Shown in pieces: positions 1 through 10,737 of a stretch of DNA of 64,000 nucleotides (its first letter is position 1; every line of letters begins with the position of its first letter). Under the pieces are notes generated by a model. The model was not told the origin of the DNA. It worked only from the letters and a program-made list of their open reading frames with translations, and ran no database searches. The DNA comes from Vitrella brassicaformis CCMP3155 (lineage: Eukaryota > Protista > Chromerida), in assembly GCA_001179505.1 (NCBI GenBank), contig CDMY01000328.1, positions 1-64,000 on the forward strand, read 5' to 3'. The translations under genes and the position numbers were made by a program.

Positions 1-339
1 GATAGGTTCACATCCAATTGCATCCAGCGATGCATTGATATACTTGGCGAAGCACGTCTTCAACAAGGGCGTGTCTTGTGTTCTTACTGCAGCCCTCTGA
101 GTACCTGCGTGTTATCGCCACGTCTGTCTTCGAGATCTGCATGTTTTCAAGCTCTCGCCATTGTTGCATGCGTGGGTGTGCTTCTCGTCAACACTCGTGC
201 TGTGCTTGTCTCTGTGACGCATAATTGTACCACCGCTTCGCACGCTTTTTTCGACCCTCGCCCAATTCGCGGCCCGGGGTGCCCACGCAGTGGGTGCCCC
301 TTACTCGGAATAAAAGACACCCAAAAAGGAACACCGGAG

Positions 340-1001
340 ATGACGACGCTTGTGGTGGAGCCTCTGGACCGTGAGATGGAGCGGCAGTTCGTGACTATTG
401 TCCAGGAGATTCAGAGTACAGACAGTGACGCCGTCAACATCCCCCTCGCCGACATCCTTTCCTACAAGGGCACCCACAACGGCCTTGGGTATCGAGATGT
501 CATGGTCATCGTTGTGGCGGCAGACCGGGACAGCGAGGGAAAGCTGACGGAGATATCAAAACGGGAGATCAAGAGAGGGCTTCGTGAGCTCCACGAACGT
601 CTTCAACGGACTGCCAGTCGACCATGCTGGTGTGTGGTCACGGCAGACAGACACGATGGGCAAACAGACAAGACAGAGGGGATGAGAGAGCGGTCCACTT
701 CATTTCTCATCGTCTTTGGCTGCCTGTGATGCTTTTGTCGATCAGGTTCGGGCGAGTGCTTGCCTCGTTGTTCTCATCGTTCGGTTCCTCATCAGCGTCG
801 ACCATCTCTGCCTGCAGCACTAGGTCATCATCCTACCTGACGGGTGCCCAATCAAGTGCGGAATCGGCGAGTACCCAATCAGCGAGTGCCGGGTCAACAA
901 GCGGCGGATCAACGAGTGCAGCGGCCGCAGGCAGTGACCATCAGTCAGCAGCCGGATCAACGAGTGCCGTTCTGAGGAGGAGAAAGGCAGAGGGCATGTA
1001 G
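340..1001 (+). CDS. Hypothetical protein, 2 exons, Ser/Ala/Thr-rich C-terminus
   Basis: ATG at 340 (MTTLVVEPLDREMERQF). A GT-AG intron at about 630-746 joins TG|G TTC GGG in frame (PCW-FGRVLASLF). The ORF ends LRRRKAEGM* at 1001. Confidence 0.6.
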
Positions 1002-1576
1002 CGAGCGGGGAGGAGCGCAAGGGAGTGGGTATACGTAAGTGAGAGTGAGTAGGGCCAGAGTGTGAGAGCTGACGCTTCCCCGTCAGACAGACAGACACTG
1101 TGTACATACATACATACAATGTGTGCCTGGTCTGATAGAGAGGCTTGTTCCTGCTCTGTTTCTCCTCAGTGTTCTGCGGGGTAGCTTATGTATGTTTCGG
1201 CAAGTAGGTTATTGACTGTCATTGTGACATGCAGTTTCTTCTAATACTGTACGTTGACGAGAGGAAATTCTTAGTAGCATGCGCGAGAAGAAACTCTGAA
1301 GTAGAATAACCCGTCTGACACATCACGCATACACACATCATCTACATGAACTCCCTTTGAGGTCTGTTACGGGTGGGCGACGGCAAGGCGATCTCCTCGG
1401 CCCTGGCGGCCTTGCTGAGGGCTACCCCCCACACCCACTAAATCAATGCTGAGCAAAACACACACGGGCGGGCACGTAAGTGTATGCACATCTGTGTCTG
1501 TCTGTGTAGGTACATACCCAATGGACAGACACCCACCCACGGGCCAACCAAACATCAATCATTCCCCAAGCCTTCT

Positions 1577-3391
1577 CTACCAACTGCACTTATTGACCGC
1601 CCTGGAATCGGCGGGAATCGATCTGAACTCCATCGTCAGCTTCTCCCACCACTTTCCCTGCCGAAACACGTCGACGGTGCGGATGTCTTCTGTCTCCACA
1701 GTCTCGTTCTTGTAGGTGAAGCGCGCCCATGCAGTCACAGTGCGATTGTCGGGTGCCGAGAGGTAGTCCACAAGTTTCTGCACCTCCACCAGAGGCACAG
1801 CTCTGCCGGCGAGGTGGCTCCGCGTGACCACGTCCTTCCCACACGAGTCGAACGTGACCAGGTCCTCTTGATAACTGAAGATCTTCAGGGGATTCGACCC
1901 TAATAGCATGTGGTTGGAGTTCAAACCCTCTGTCCTCAAGTTACTAAACATCTGGACAGACACAGACAATGAATGGCACACAGGAAGATCTACGCTGGTG
2001 CTTCTGTCTCTCTGTCTGGCGGCGTTAGTTGTGTCCATGTGTGTGCGCAGCTGTGTGGGCTTACGGTCGCCACACCACATGTCCGCAGCCCGAGGTACGG
2101 CGAGGAGAAGAAGAGCATAAACAAAATGGCAAGCAGCCACCCGCCAACTCTGACGTGTTTGGAGGCCTCAATGAAGCCCGTGAAGGTGGCTTTCGAGACG
2201 CGCATCATGTCCTTCAGCAAAGGGAAGAAGAAATATGCCGTCGAAACGATAAATGCATGAGCCTGCACGGCAAAGGAGAAGAGAGACGAAAGAGAAAAGT
2301 TGGGGTGGTCACGCGACTAGTGGTGGTCTGTCCGTGCCTGTATGGGGTGGAAGACGTCGTCATAGCCGCCCAGCCAGAAGACAAGGCCGATGTCGAGTGC
2401 CGCAATCACGTTGATCCACATGTATGTCTCAAATCGGGCGACGAGAGAGTGTGACAGCAGCACGTCACGGGGCAGCGACAGGGACACGAAGATGAAGACA
2501 AACACGTTGACTAAGGCGCTGAAGTCCACAAACACCGCCATCGACAGCTGACAGGGGGGACACGAACCGCCACAGAGAGTACACACAGCACAGCGGACGG
2601 ATGAGAGAGAACGCCCTATCTGTCTTCTGTACCTTCATGTGCATGAAGAGAACGAATGCCAGTATGTATGGCCTGATGTTCTTGGACCACACCATAAACG
2701 CACCGCCGGCCTCCCATACAATCACAAGCACCCCCAGAACCAGATTCAGCGAGGGGCCAGGGTTGATTTGCATCCCCCAGGCCCTCGATATCCGCTGCGT
2801 GAACGAGAAGGCGCAGCCGTGAGGCGTCGAGAAAAAGTCCCAGTTCAACTTGTGAAAGCCAGCGAAGAGGTAGATGAGCGAGAAGAGATGCGGCATAACG
2901 GGTATCACGCTCTCTTTGAGAGCTTCCTCGATCTCGGCCGCAACGTCCCTCCAGCCCCGTCTTCGTTTGTCTGGCCGCAATAGTCTCAACAGCACGCACA
3001 ATAGGATGTAGCCGTCTATGATCATCTCGATGTTGCCGTGGTTGGACATGTCGGGCCATGAAGGCGCCTGCTCGGTCATGTAGGCTAGGAGGGACACACA
3101 GAAGATTATCGGGTTCTTGGAAATCCCATACACCAAAAGGAGGCCAACGAAAAGGAGTCCCGCAGAGTAGCTTTCCCATTCCTCTGTTTCGTCAGCCAAC
3201 TGAGCCACCAGATAGAGCCCACAGACGACGAAAATCACTGGGTCTGCTTTCTCGTACTCAATCGGTTTCAGACAACGGCGCAGAAAGCCGTATGGGCCGG
3301 GGGCAAGGCCGGGGGATACTCCCTTGCCGTCATTGCCTTCGTTGGCTGAGTCCTCGGACTGCGGGCCGTGCTGGTCTTGCTTCAGCATCAT
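1577..3391 (-). CDS. HTTM-domain multi-pass membrane protein (vitamin K-dependent carboxylase-like TM domain), 4 exons
   Basis: Contains the motif SLIYLFAGFHKLNWDFF. Splicing (introns about 2548-2632, 2263-2337 GC-AG, 1952-2064) gives PYLGLRTCGVAT|MFSNLRTEGLNSNHML and the end FRSIPADSRAVNKCSW*, which resembles bacterial HTTM proteins as I recall them. Confidence 0.75.
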
Positions 3392-3970
3392 CACGCGGCA
3401 CGTACACAGCGCCCTGGTCTGCTCTCTTTCGCAGGGGACTCTTCAGGACAAACAAAGCGGCTTCTTTGCTTCGGATTCTGCCACTCAGCGTCTCCTCTCT
3501 CTGTGCTTCTTTTTGCCGTTAGCGCTCAATTATTATTCCGCATCCTCCCTCAGTGAAGTGGATGAATGAGGACGATGTATGCACACGATTGCACATACAA
3601 ATCAGTCACGGACGCATACGATTGTGAATGCCAAGTGTTTTGATGAGCGTCCAGCCATGGCCAACTGGGCTGCGCTGATAAGTGACTGAGGAAGGCTGGG
3701 CGGCTTTTAAAAGAAAAAATATATATATATTCTGTCTCGTTCCTCCGTCTGTTCTCATGAATCTTTAGGCTGGGACCGAGACAGACACCTAGGCGACAGG
3801 AGGACCCCCGAGAGGTCAAACAAACGCCTGAGGTGCTGCTAGAAGATGCCATACTCGACCCCAAAAAAGCCTGCTAGGGAGGAAGGCACCGACTCTAAAT
3901 CGTCACACCGTGATATGCCTACATCCTCCTATCTCGTCAAGTCATTCAGCCGTCCAATTATCGGTTACCA

Positions 3971-5177
3971 TCACCTCCTCTTCCTGTCGCCCTGTCTGTC
4001 CCCCTTCTTCACATATTGTCTCTTCTGGGTGCTGTTCCAGTACTCGACAAACGCTGGCAGAGTGCTGGCGGGCACTTCGACGGCCGTCCCGCCAACCAAC
4101 ATGCGCACAGACAGGGTCCGCAGCAGCTCGGTCTGCTCCACCAAGGGCCTGTTGGCGAGGGCCGTCGAAACGTCCTCTCGCGACACGGCCGTCACCGAAA
4201 GCGAGTGGTAGAGCTGCAGACACAGCCGCACCGTGTGCCACAAAGGCGAGTTGACCTGCATAGCACAGACATGCGGATGAAGGGTATCCCTTCTTCTTTT
4301 GTCTGTCTTACCGTGTGTGGGGGCGTGTAGGCGGAGAAGAGCGTGGGCTGTTTGGGATACTCGAGGCACACCAGCATGGTGTCCTTCGCCAGCCAGTCGT
4401 CCCCACATCGATCGAACACTTTGGTGCGCCACGGCAGCACAACCGTCCCATTGCTGCGCCCGCCCTCGGGAAACAGCACCACTGGCCCATAGCCGCGCCT
4501 CCTCGCAGCCTCGCAAACGTCCTTGACTGAAGTGTAGGGACCACTCTTGGCACTATGATGGGTCGCCATAGCCCATCTGAGGGCCGTGAAGCAGCCAACG
4601 AGTGACAGAGTGTCGTCGGCATGAGTGATGGCATAGGAGGGGTTGATGCGCATGGTGAGGTACAGCACGTCGATGAAGGACGTGTGGTTGGCCAGCACGA
4701 GAGTGCCGTGCGTGGCGCGAGGGAGGGAGAAAGGGGGAGGGCCTTCATCCTTCGGAGGCCGCAGCTTCAACCGACGGTGGTCTGACATGGCACAACAGAA
4801 CAGAACCGAACAGAACAGAACAGAACAGAACGACATTGCAAGCAGCCAACCAAATGACTGCCTTGGAACAGACCTGCAGCGGTTTCGCTGATCCAGAAGA
4901 GCCCCACCATGCGCATCGCCACACTGCAGCCGGAAGATATCACCAGCCACCCCAGCCAGTACTGCAATACCCCTATAGGCACCAGATAGACGACTGCAGA
5001 GGATAGAGCCACCAGGAGAGCCAAGACGAGCAGGTTGGCGAGCCGCAGGATGGCGATGGGGGAGGCGATGAGGAGCTTCAAGGCCTTGGCGACGCGTGAG
5101 GGCTTGTAGTGCGTCCACGTGGGAACGAACGGGTTGACGCCGGTGCCGGGATCAGCAAACTGACGATACTTCTCCAT
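3971..5177 (-). CDS. Lysophospholipid acyltransferase (PlsC family), LOA1/VPS66-like, multi-exon
   Basis: N-terminus MEKYRQFADPGTGVNPF resembles yeast Loa1/Vps66. Acyltransferase motifs NHTSFID (HxxxxD) and FPEGG are present, with a basic C-terminus. Confidence 0.85.
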
Positions 5178-5213
5178 CACGGCTTCAGTTCGAAGGAATT
5201 TGCTTTCATAGAA

Positions 5214-5250
5214 GCATGGCCGACCAGCAGATCTGATCTAGAGTCGGCAA
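5214..5250. promoter_or_regulatory. Conserved 37-nt non-coding element, copy 1
   Basis: GCATGGCCGACCAGCAGATCTGATCTAGAGTCGGCAA matches 59723-59759 at 34/37 positions. It lies in the 177-bp divergent intergenic region. Function is inferred. Confidence 0.5.
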
Positions 5251-5354
5251 CGTATTCGCATACAGGCAAAGGCGCGAGAGTTCGGGCTCGCCACCAGCAG
5301 TTTCACGGCTCTCTCGCCGTGAAACGGTTCGTTTTTGCAGATCTGTGCTCTGGC

Positions 5355-5777
5355 ATGGAGAACACTGACACGATACGGCACCGCTATGCGCGTTTTGCCC
5401 GCACTGTAGCGTGGCGCTTTCCATCGTTCGTGGCTTCCACAAGAAGAACAGCCTTCGCAAATGCAACAGACAGCCCTCCAGATGCAGCAGGCGCCACCAG
5501 CAGCGGGACAGAGTCACAGCACGACGTGACAGCAGACGACCCTGACAGCCAGCCCCCTCATTCATCGGATGCGTCTGCGGCGGCATCCTCACCGACCGAG
5601 GAGCAGGAGAAGCTGTTGAAGGCAGTAATGGGCAAGGATGCGTTCTTTGTTGACCCCAGGGCGATGCAGCTGATGAGGGAGGAGCTCAAGGACAAGGTGC
5701 CCATCATGATCGCCCTGGTTGCGCAACTGATTGCGGTTATTGGGGTGTTCGCTTGGAGAGTGTGGAAGAACGTGTAG
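5355..5777 (+). CDS. Hypothetical single-exon protein with C-terminal transmembrane helix, possibly mitochondrial
   Basis: 140-aa ORF with an Arg-rich N-terminus, an acidic/Ser linker and the hydrophobic tail VPIMIALVAQLIAVIGVFAWRVWKNV*. Confidence 0.6.
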   Translation: MENTDTIRHRYARFARTVAWRFPSFVASTRRTAFANATDSPPDAAGATSSGTESQHDVTADDPDSQPPHSSDASAAASSPTEEQEKLLKAVMGKDAFFVDPRAMQLMREELKDKVPIMIALVAQLIAVIGVFAWRVWKNV

Positions 5778-6125
5778 CGAAGGGACGGGGAGGATGCAGC
5801 GGCAACACAAGGAGGCAAAGAAGAGGGACACAAGGCAAAGATAAGATAGGATAGAGGGGAAATGGAAAACGAAGGACCGTCACAGGGAGAGCGTCGTAGG
5901 ACCGATTTGGCACGTTGATTGGATGAGTCGATGTAGTGCATGATGGTATGTATCGGCACACACAACAAGAGGTGGCGGACACTGAATTTAACGTGATTGA
6001 TTGCAGAAAGGTGTGCATTCATCAATTGTCATCCATCCATCCAGTGTCGAGGACGCACTCAAAACCGTATCGACAGAGAGGCAGGCAGACACATCGACTG
6101 GCACAGTCTGTCTTGCTCCATTGCC

Positions 6126-7526
6126 TCACTCACTCACAGGTGCACCACTTAGTCCATACAAGGCGTCAGCCATCTGCATCATCTCTCGCCATCCCTCGCA
6201 CGCCCTCTGCCATGCCTCAGGAATCGCCTCAGCCCCCATGTAGGCACCAGCAAGACTTGCCGCCATGCTGGCTATAGTGTCGGTGTCGCCGCCCAAGCTG
6301 ATACTGAAGGCCACCACGTCCGCAAAGCTGCCGGCCTTGACGCCCACGATGTAGAGAAAACAGAATAGGGCTGTGGGCACCGACCGGGAAGCCGTCACGT
6401 CACTGCCCAACACCTCACACACGCGACTGACGAAGTCCGTGTCCCGCTGGTCACCGAGCCTCTCCTGGCCCTCACGCAGCATGTCCTTGACTGCGTCTAG
6501 GCATTCCATGATACCGCTGCCTTGCTGCGGCTGGCCCTGATTGTTTGGCGCATCGTAGCCACTGCTGTCTTGTTGCCGCTGCAGCGACGTCTCGAATTCC
6601 CTCATCTCCTCCTTGATCTCATCAACGAACCTCAAGGGATTCAGCTCACCAACGGGCATGCGCAGCGCCTTGCGCACGGCGAGGCTCTGGAGGACGGACC
6701 CAGCGACTCCCTCGGGGTGCGTGTGGGTGATGCGCGCCTGACTGACGGCCACCCGCACCGTCTCGTCCACGCTGTGATAGCCGAACAGACCCACCGGTGC
6801 CGCCCTCATCCCGCCGCCGTTCCCCTTGCTGCCGGTGCCGTTGAACTGCTCCGACGCAGGTATCTCCCACTCAGGGATGTTGTTGTGCTGGGTGGTCCCG
6901 TCGTTTGCTGCATTGGCGGTGGCGTCGTCAATGTCGTGGTTGCGGCTAGCGGTCGAGCGGGTTGCGTATGGTGCCTCAGGGCGGAAGCCACGCTCACGCA
7001 ACCTCTCAAAGACGGTGACGACGTTGCCTCCGTACCTGAACGGAGAGACCAATTCATCGACAGTCAGTTGTCTTGAGTCATTTCATTCGCTATACCCTCG
7101 CCAGTTCTCTCTGTAGTACTCGGTCACGAATCGCGTGGCCATGTCCGGGCCATCGAAGGCCCGTTTCGTTGCCAGTGAGGCGGCCACAGAGAGGGACATG
7201 GCCGTGTCGTCGGTGAACTGCAGAAACTCCTGCTTGCTGAGTGCCATCTGCTGGACCTCACTGACCAACAGACATGCATAAGCGAGAAATCTCAACATTG
7301 CGCTGAAATGACTCACCTGAAGTGGCCTGTTATCTCGCTGGCAGGCACCTGGCTGTTCCAATAAGGGCCTTCCTGCGACAAGACAAACAAAACGACGACA
7401 CGCAGACAGTCAATTCCACGTCGATGTCTCTTGTCTTACGAATATGCTTCCCAGGCAGTCGCCAGCGAGCACACCGCCGAGAGCCCCCCTGAATCGACTC
7501 TTCAGCGACGGGAATGCAGCATCCAT
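6126..7526 (-). CDS. ADP-ribosylglycohydrolase (ARH3/ADPRHL2-like), 4 exons
   Basis: Motifs RFRGALGGVLAGDCLGS, FTDDTAM, GSKGNGGGMRAAP and SLGGDTDTIASMA. Splice junctions keep the frame (RG|YGGN). Confidence 0.92.
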
Positions 7527-7827
7527 GATGTGTCGCCGGGTGAACTGTCTCCCAGAGCCAATGCCAAGATGGTGAACGGAGCTCCTCCAGGCGAGTGTTT
7601 GTAGACAGACACAGCTAAACAACACTTCCATTCATCTCAGGGGTGTGATGGGGAGGGCATGCATGAAACGATTTTTTGAGAAGGATCGATCGGCGCGTGA
7701 TCTCCGCCAAGGGGCGTCGTCGAGCGACGACAATCCGTCGCAAGGCAGCGATGATCGGTAGATCTCGCGACACTCGCCTTCTTGCGAGTGGAAGCCGCTG
7801 AGGAGCTGTCCACCTTTATTTAGTCCC

Positions 7828-9637
7828 ATGGACGCAAGCAAGGCTCATCCTCTGCTGCCGCTGTTCGCCAGTTCCATGTTCCTCACCTTCGGAGGGGCTC
7901 TGGCGGGCGGCTGGCTCATCTCAAGAAAACCTGACAAAAGGCAGCTGCCAGACGGTTCGTGAGCCAACACAAACAAATCACACACTGACTGACCCTCTGG
8001 CGTGTTGATCTGTCAGAAACGTCCCGGCGCGAGACGTTTGACAAGAAGGCCCATCGGTGGGACAAGGACGTCAGGACCGATGAATTCGTAAGGGGAAGGG
8101 ATGGACTGACTATCTGACGATGCGATGCAGCACCACGCGATCACTGCGGTTGTCCGCTCTCTGCCTTGCGTACTCGCAGTTTATGGGCATCGGCCGGTGG
8201 CGCAGAAGCATGTGCGAAAGGGCCGAGGGGCACGTACTCGAGACGGCCGTCGGTACGCACACAACCGGGGGAGGGGGGAGGACGACAGCATGCAAAGTCT
8301 TCTGCTGCCCCACCCACCATCAGGAACTGGTCGCAATTTCGCCTTCTACAACACAGCCAAAGTCAAATCCGTTGTCGTAAGCTGACACTGCAACACACGA
8401 AGTGGGAGGGCTGACGGTGCGTTTGTTGTGTCGATGGGGTCATGCGCGTGGTTGCCTGGAAGGCCACCGACTTCAGCCGCAAAATGCTCAAAGTCGCATC
8501 GACAAAGAAGAGTACACATTCTCGCACAGCGCTGCTCTAGCTGTGTCTGATCTGAAGCCCTTTTCTCTCTTTCATCTGCTGTCTGTCTGTCTGTCTGTGC
8601 ACCGATCAGAGTTCCTCGACCCGATCCCGTCCCGCTTCGTCGCCTCGAACTCTCTCAAACTCGACTTTGGCGATGACACCTTCGACACGGTCGTCGACAC
8701 ATTCGGTCAGCCGAGGGAAAGGAATGAGCGCGTGGGTGAGAGCTGGCCCAGTGAAATGGACCTGTCTGTCGCCTTTACTGCAGGCATCTGCTCCTACGAG
8801 AAGCCTGTCGAGACAATCAACGAAATGGCCAGGGTACGGGAGGGTGCAAACAGAACACGGCAAGGCAGACAGACGTCTGAGCACAGGTTTTTGTGTCGCG
8901 CTACTCGTGCAGGTGATGAAGCCGTCGGGGAAGATGCTCCTGCTGGAGCACGGTGCTGGCACGGGCAATGCCATCAACTGGTGGCTGAGGTCCAACCTTG
9001 TCCACCACGTCCACAAATACGGATGCTATCACAACAGGCACGCACACATGACAGACAGACAGACGCTAGTATTGCTTGGCAAACTAAATGTGTCTGTATC
9101 TTTGCAGGAAGATCGACCACATCGTGAAACTGGCGGGCCTTGATGTCACTGAGGTGGAGAGGAGACACGCAGGTACACAGGGAGAGAGAGAGAGAGAGAG
9201 AGAGAAGGATCCACGAGTGGGGCGGACGTGCTGCTGCGTTGTGGTGTCTTGTGTTGTGTTGTGCGTAACATCATAAAGGAACGTCCTACATGATCATCGC
9301 GACCAAGTCGTGCAGCGGCGCGCCGCTCATGCGCACCCCGTCACAGCTCAAGGCAGACGAGGAGCGTGAGTTGAGCGAGGCGACGGCCGATGAGGTCAAC
9401 CCCGAGCGCTTCTTCGCCCTGCCGGGTGCGGCCTTCCGTGAGGTCTATGAGGACCTCCCGCCCCCCGAAGAGCGGTCCATCATGGGCAACTTTGCGATGT
9501 CCATCTACGAGGACCTCGCGAAAAAGGTCCGCCTCATTTGGCCAGACAAGAAGGATGATGAGGATGAGGACAGTTTTGAGGACGGTCGTGAAGAGCAAAC
9601 ACTCGTGCCGTCGGCCAGTGAGAAGGACAGCGAGTGA
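7828..9637 (+). CDS. SAM-dependent methyltransferase (Methyltransf_11), OMS1-like, multi-exon
   Basis: An N-terminal TM segment (MFLTFGGALAGGWLI) is followed by FDKKAHRWDKDV, GHVLETAVG|TGRNF, DFSRKML, DDTFDTVVDTFG, CSYEKPVETINEMARV and KMLLLEHG. Confidence 0.85.
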
Positions 9638-9655
9638 CTGGCAGTTTGGGGGGGG

Positions 9656-9955
9656 NNNNNNNNNNNNNNNNNNNNNNNNNNNNNNNNNNNNNNNNNNNNN
9701 NNNNNNNNNNNNNNNNNNNNNNNNNNNNNNNNNNNNNNNNNNNNNNNNNNNNNNNNNNNNNNNNNNNNNNNNNNNNNNNNNNNNNNNNNNNNNNNNNNNN
9801 NNNNNNNNNNNNNNNNNNNNNNNNNNNNNNNNNNNNNNNNNNNNNNNNNNNNNNNNNNNNNNNNNNNNNNNNNNNNNNNNNNNNNNNNNNNNNNNNNNNN
9901 NNNNNNNNNNNNNNNNNNNNNNNNNNNNNNNNNNNNNNNNNNNNNNNNNNNNNNN
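9656..9955. other. Assembly gap (300 N) flanked by G runs
   Basis: Run of N directly visible. Confidence 1.
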
Positions 9956-10737
9956 GGGAGACTGAGGTTGTGTTTTGCGTATTGCCTTCTGTGGAGAGAT
10001 GGGATGGGATGGACTTGTGATGACTTGCGATTCTTCGCGTTCAGCCATTGATTGCATCATCAAGACGTATCGTCCCTCGATAATGAATGCATCTGACATG
10101 TTTGTTGGCCATTCAATTAAGCAGCAGCAGCCAGCGGGCTGCCGATCGATCCTGCGGGGAGGATGTGACATAACATACAACAGCGCCGCTGACGAGCGGG
10201 GTGAGCAGATGGCCTCTGCGGTTCCGCAGTCACTGTTTGTTCCGCAGTCACTGTTTGTTTCAATGGGCACTGCGATTGCATGGGAACGGACAAGACATGA
10301 CAGACAAAGAAAGTGAAGCTTTCTGCTGGAAAATAGTTGTGGGACGCCCCTCACCTCGTGTTCGTGTTTGTCTGCGGGTGTACATGTGTGTGGTACTTCA
10401 AATTAAACAGACAAACAAAAAACAGAAAACAAACAAAAGGCAACGCCCCACGTTTTTCACACGAGAGAAGAGAGAGGACGTCCATGTCTGTGGCTGGTCG
10501 TTGCTCGGCCCTTCGGCGGCGCACACACACACTTAGACACGGACGCATCGAGTGGTGTGACGGGTGACGCGACGGAGGAGGCCCAGCACCGTCGTGTCGG
10601 CGGGCTACACCTTCACCGGCTCCCCCTTCCCCCCGTCCTCTCTCATTATTTTCTTTTTCTGTTACACGACACCTCTCCGACCCTAAACGCCTGGCCGGCA
10701 CGAAGTGAAGGCGCGTGGGTGCTGGCGCCGTCTCACG

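Noticed and set aside
1577-2140. ORF MAACHFVYALLLLAVPRAA as an independent secreted protein
   Set aside because: The apparent signal peptide is an off-frame reading of an HTTM exon plus intron. The 3' part is the last exon of the HTTM gene.
9341-10354. ORFs containing long X runs (also at about 27.3, 31.5 and 61 kb)
   Set aside because: They are artefacts of translating through N gaps and poly-G/C flanks.
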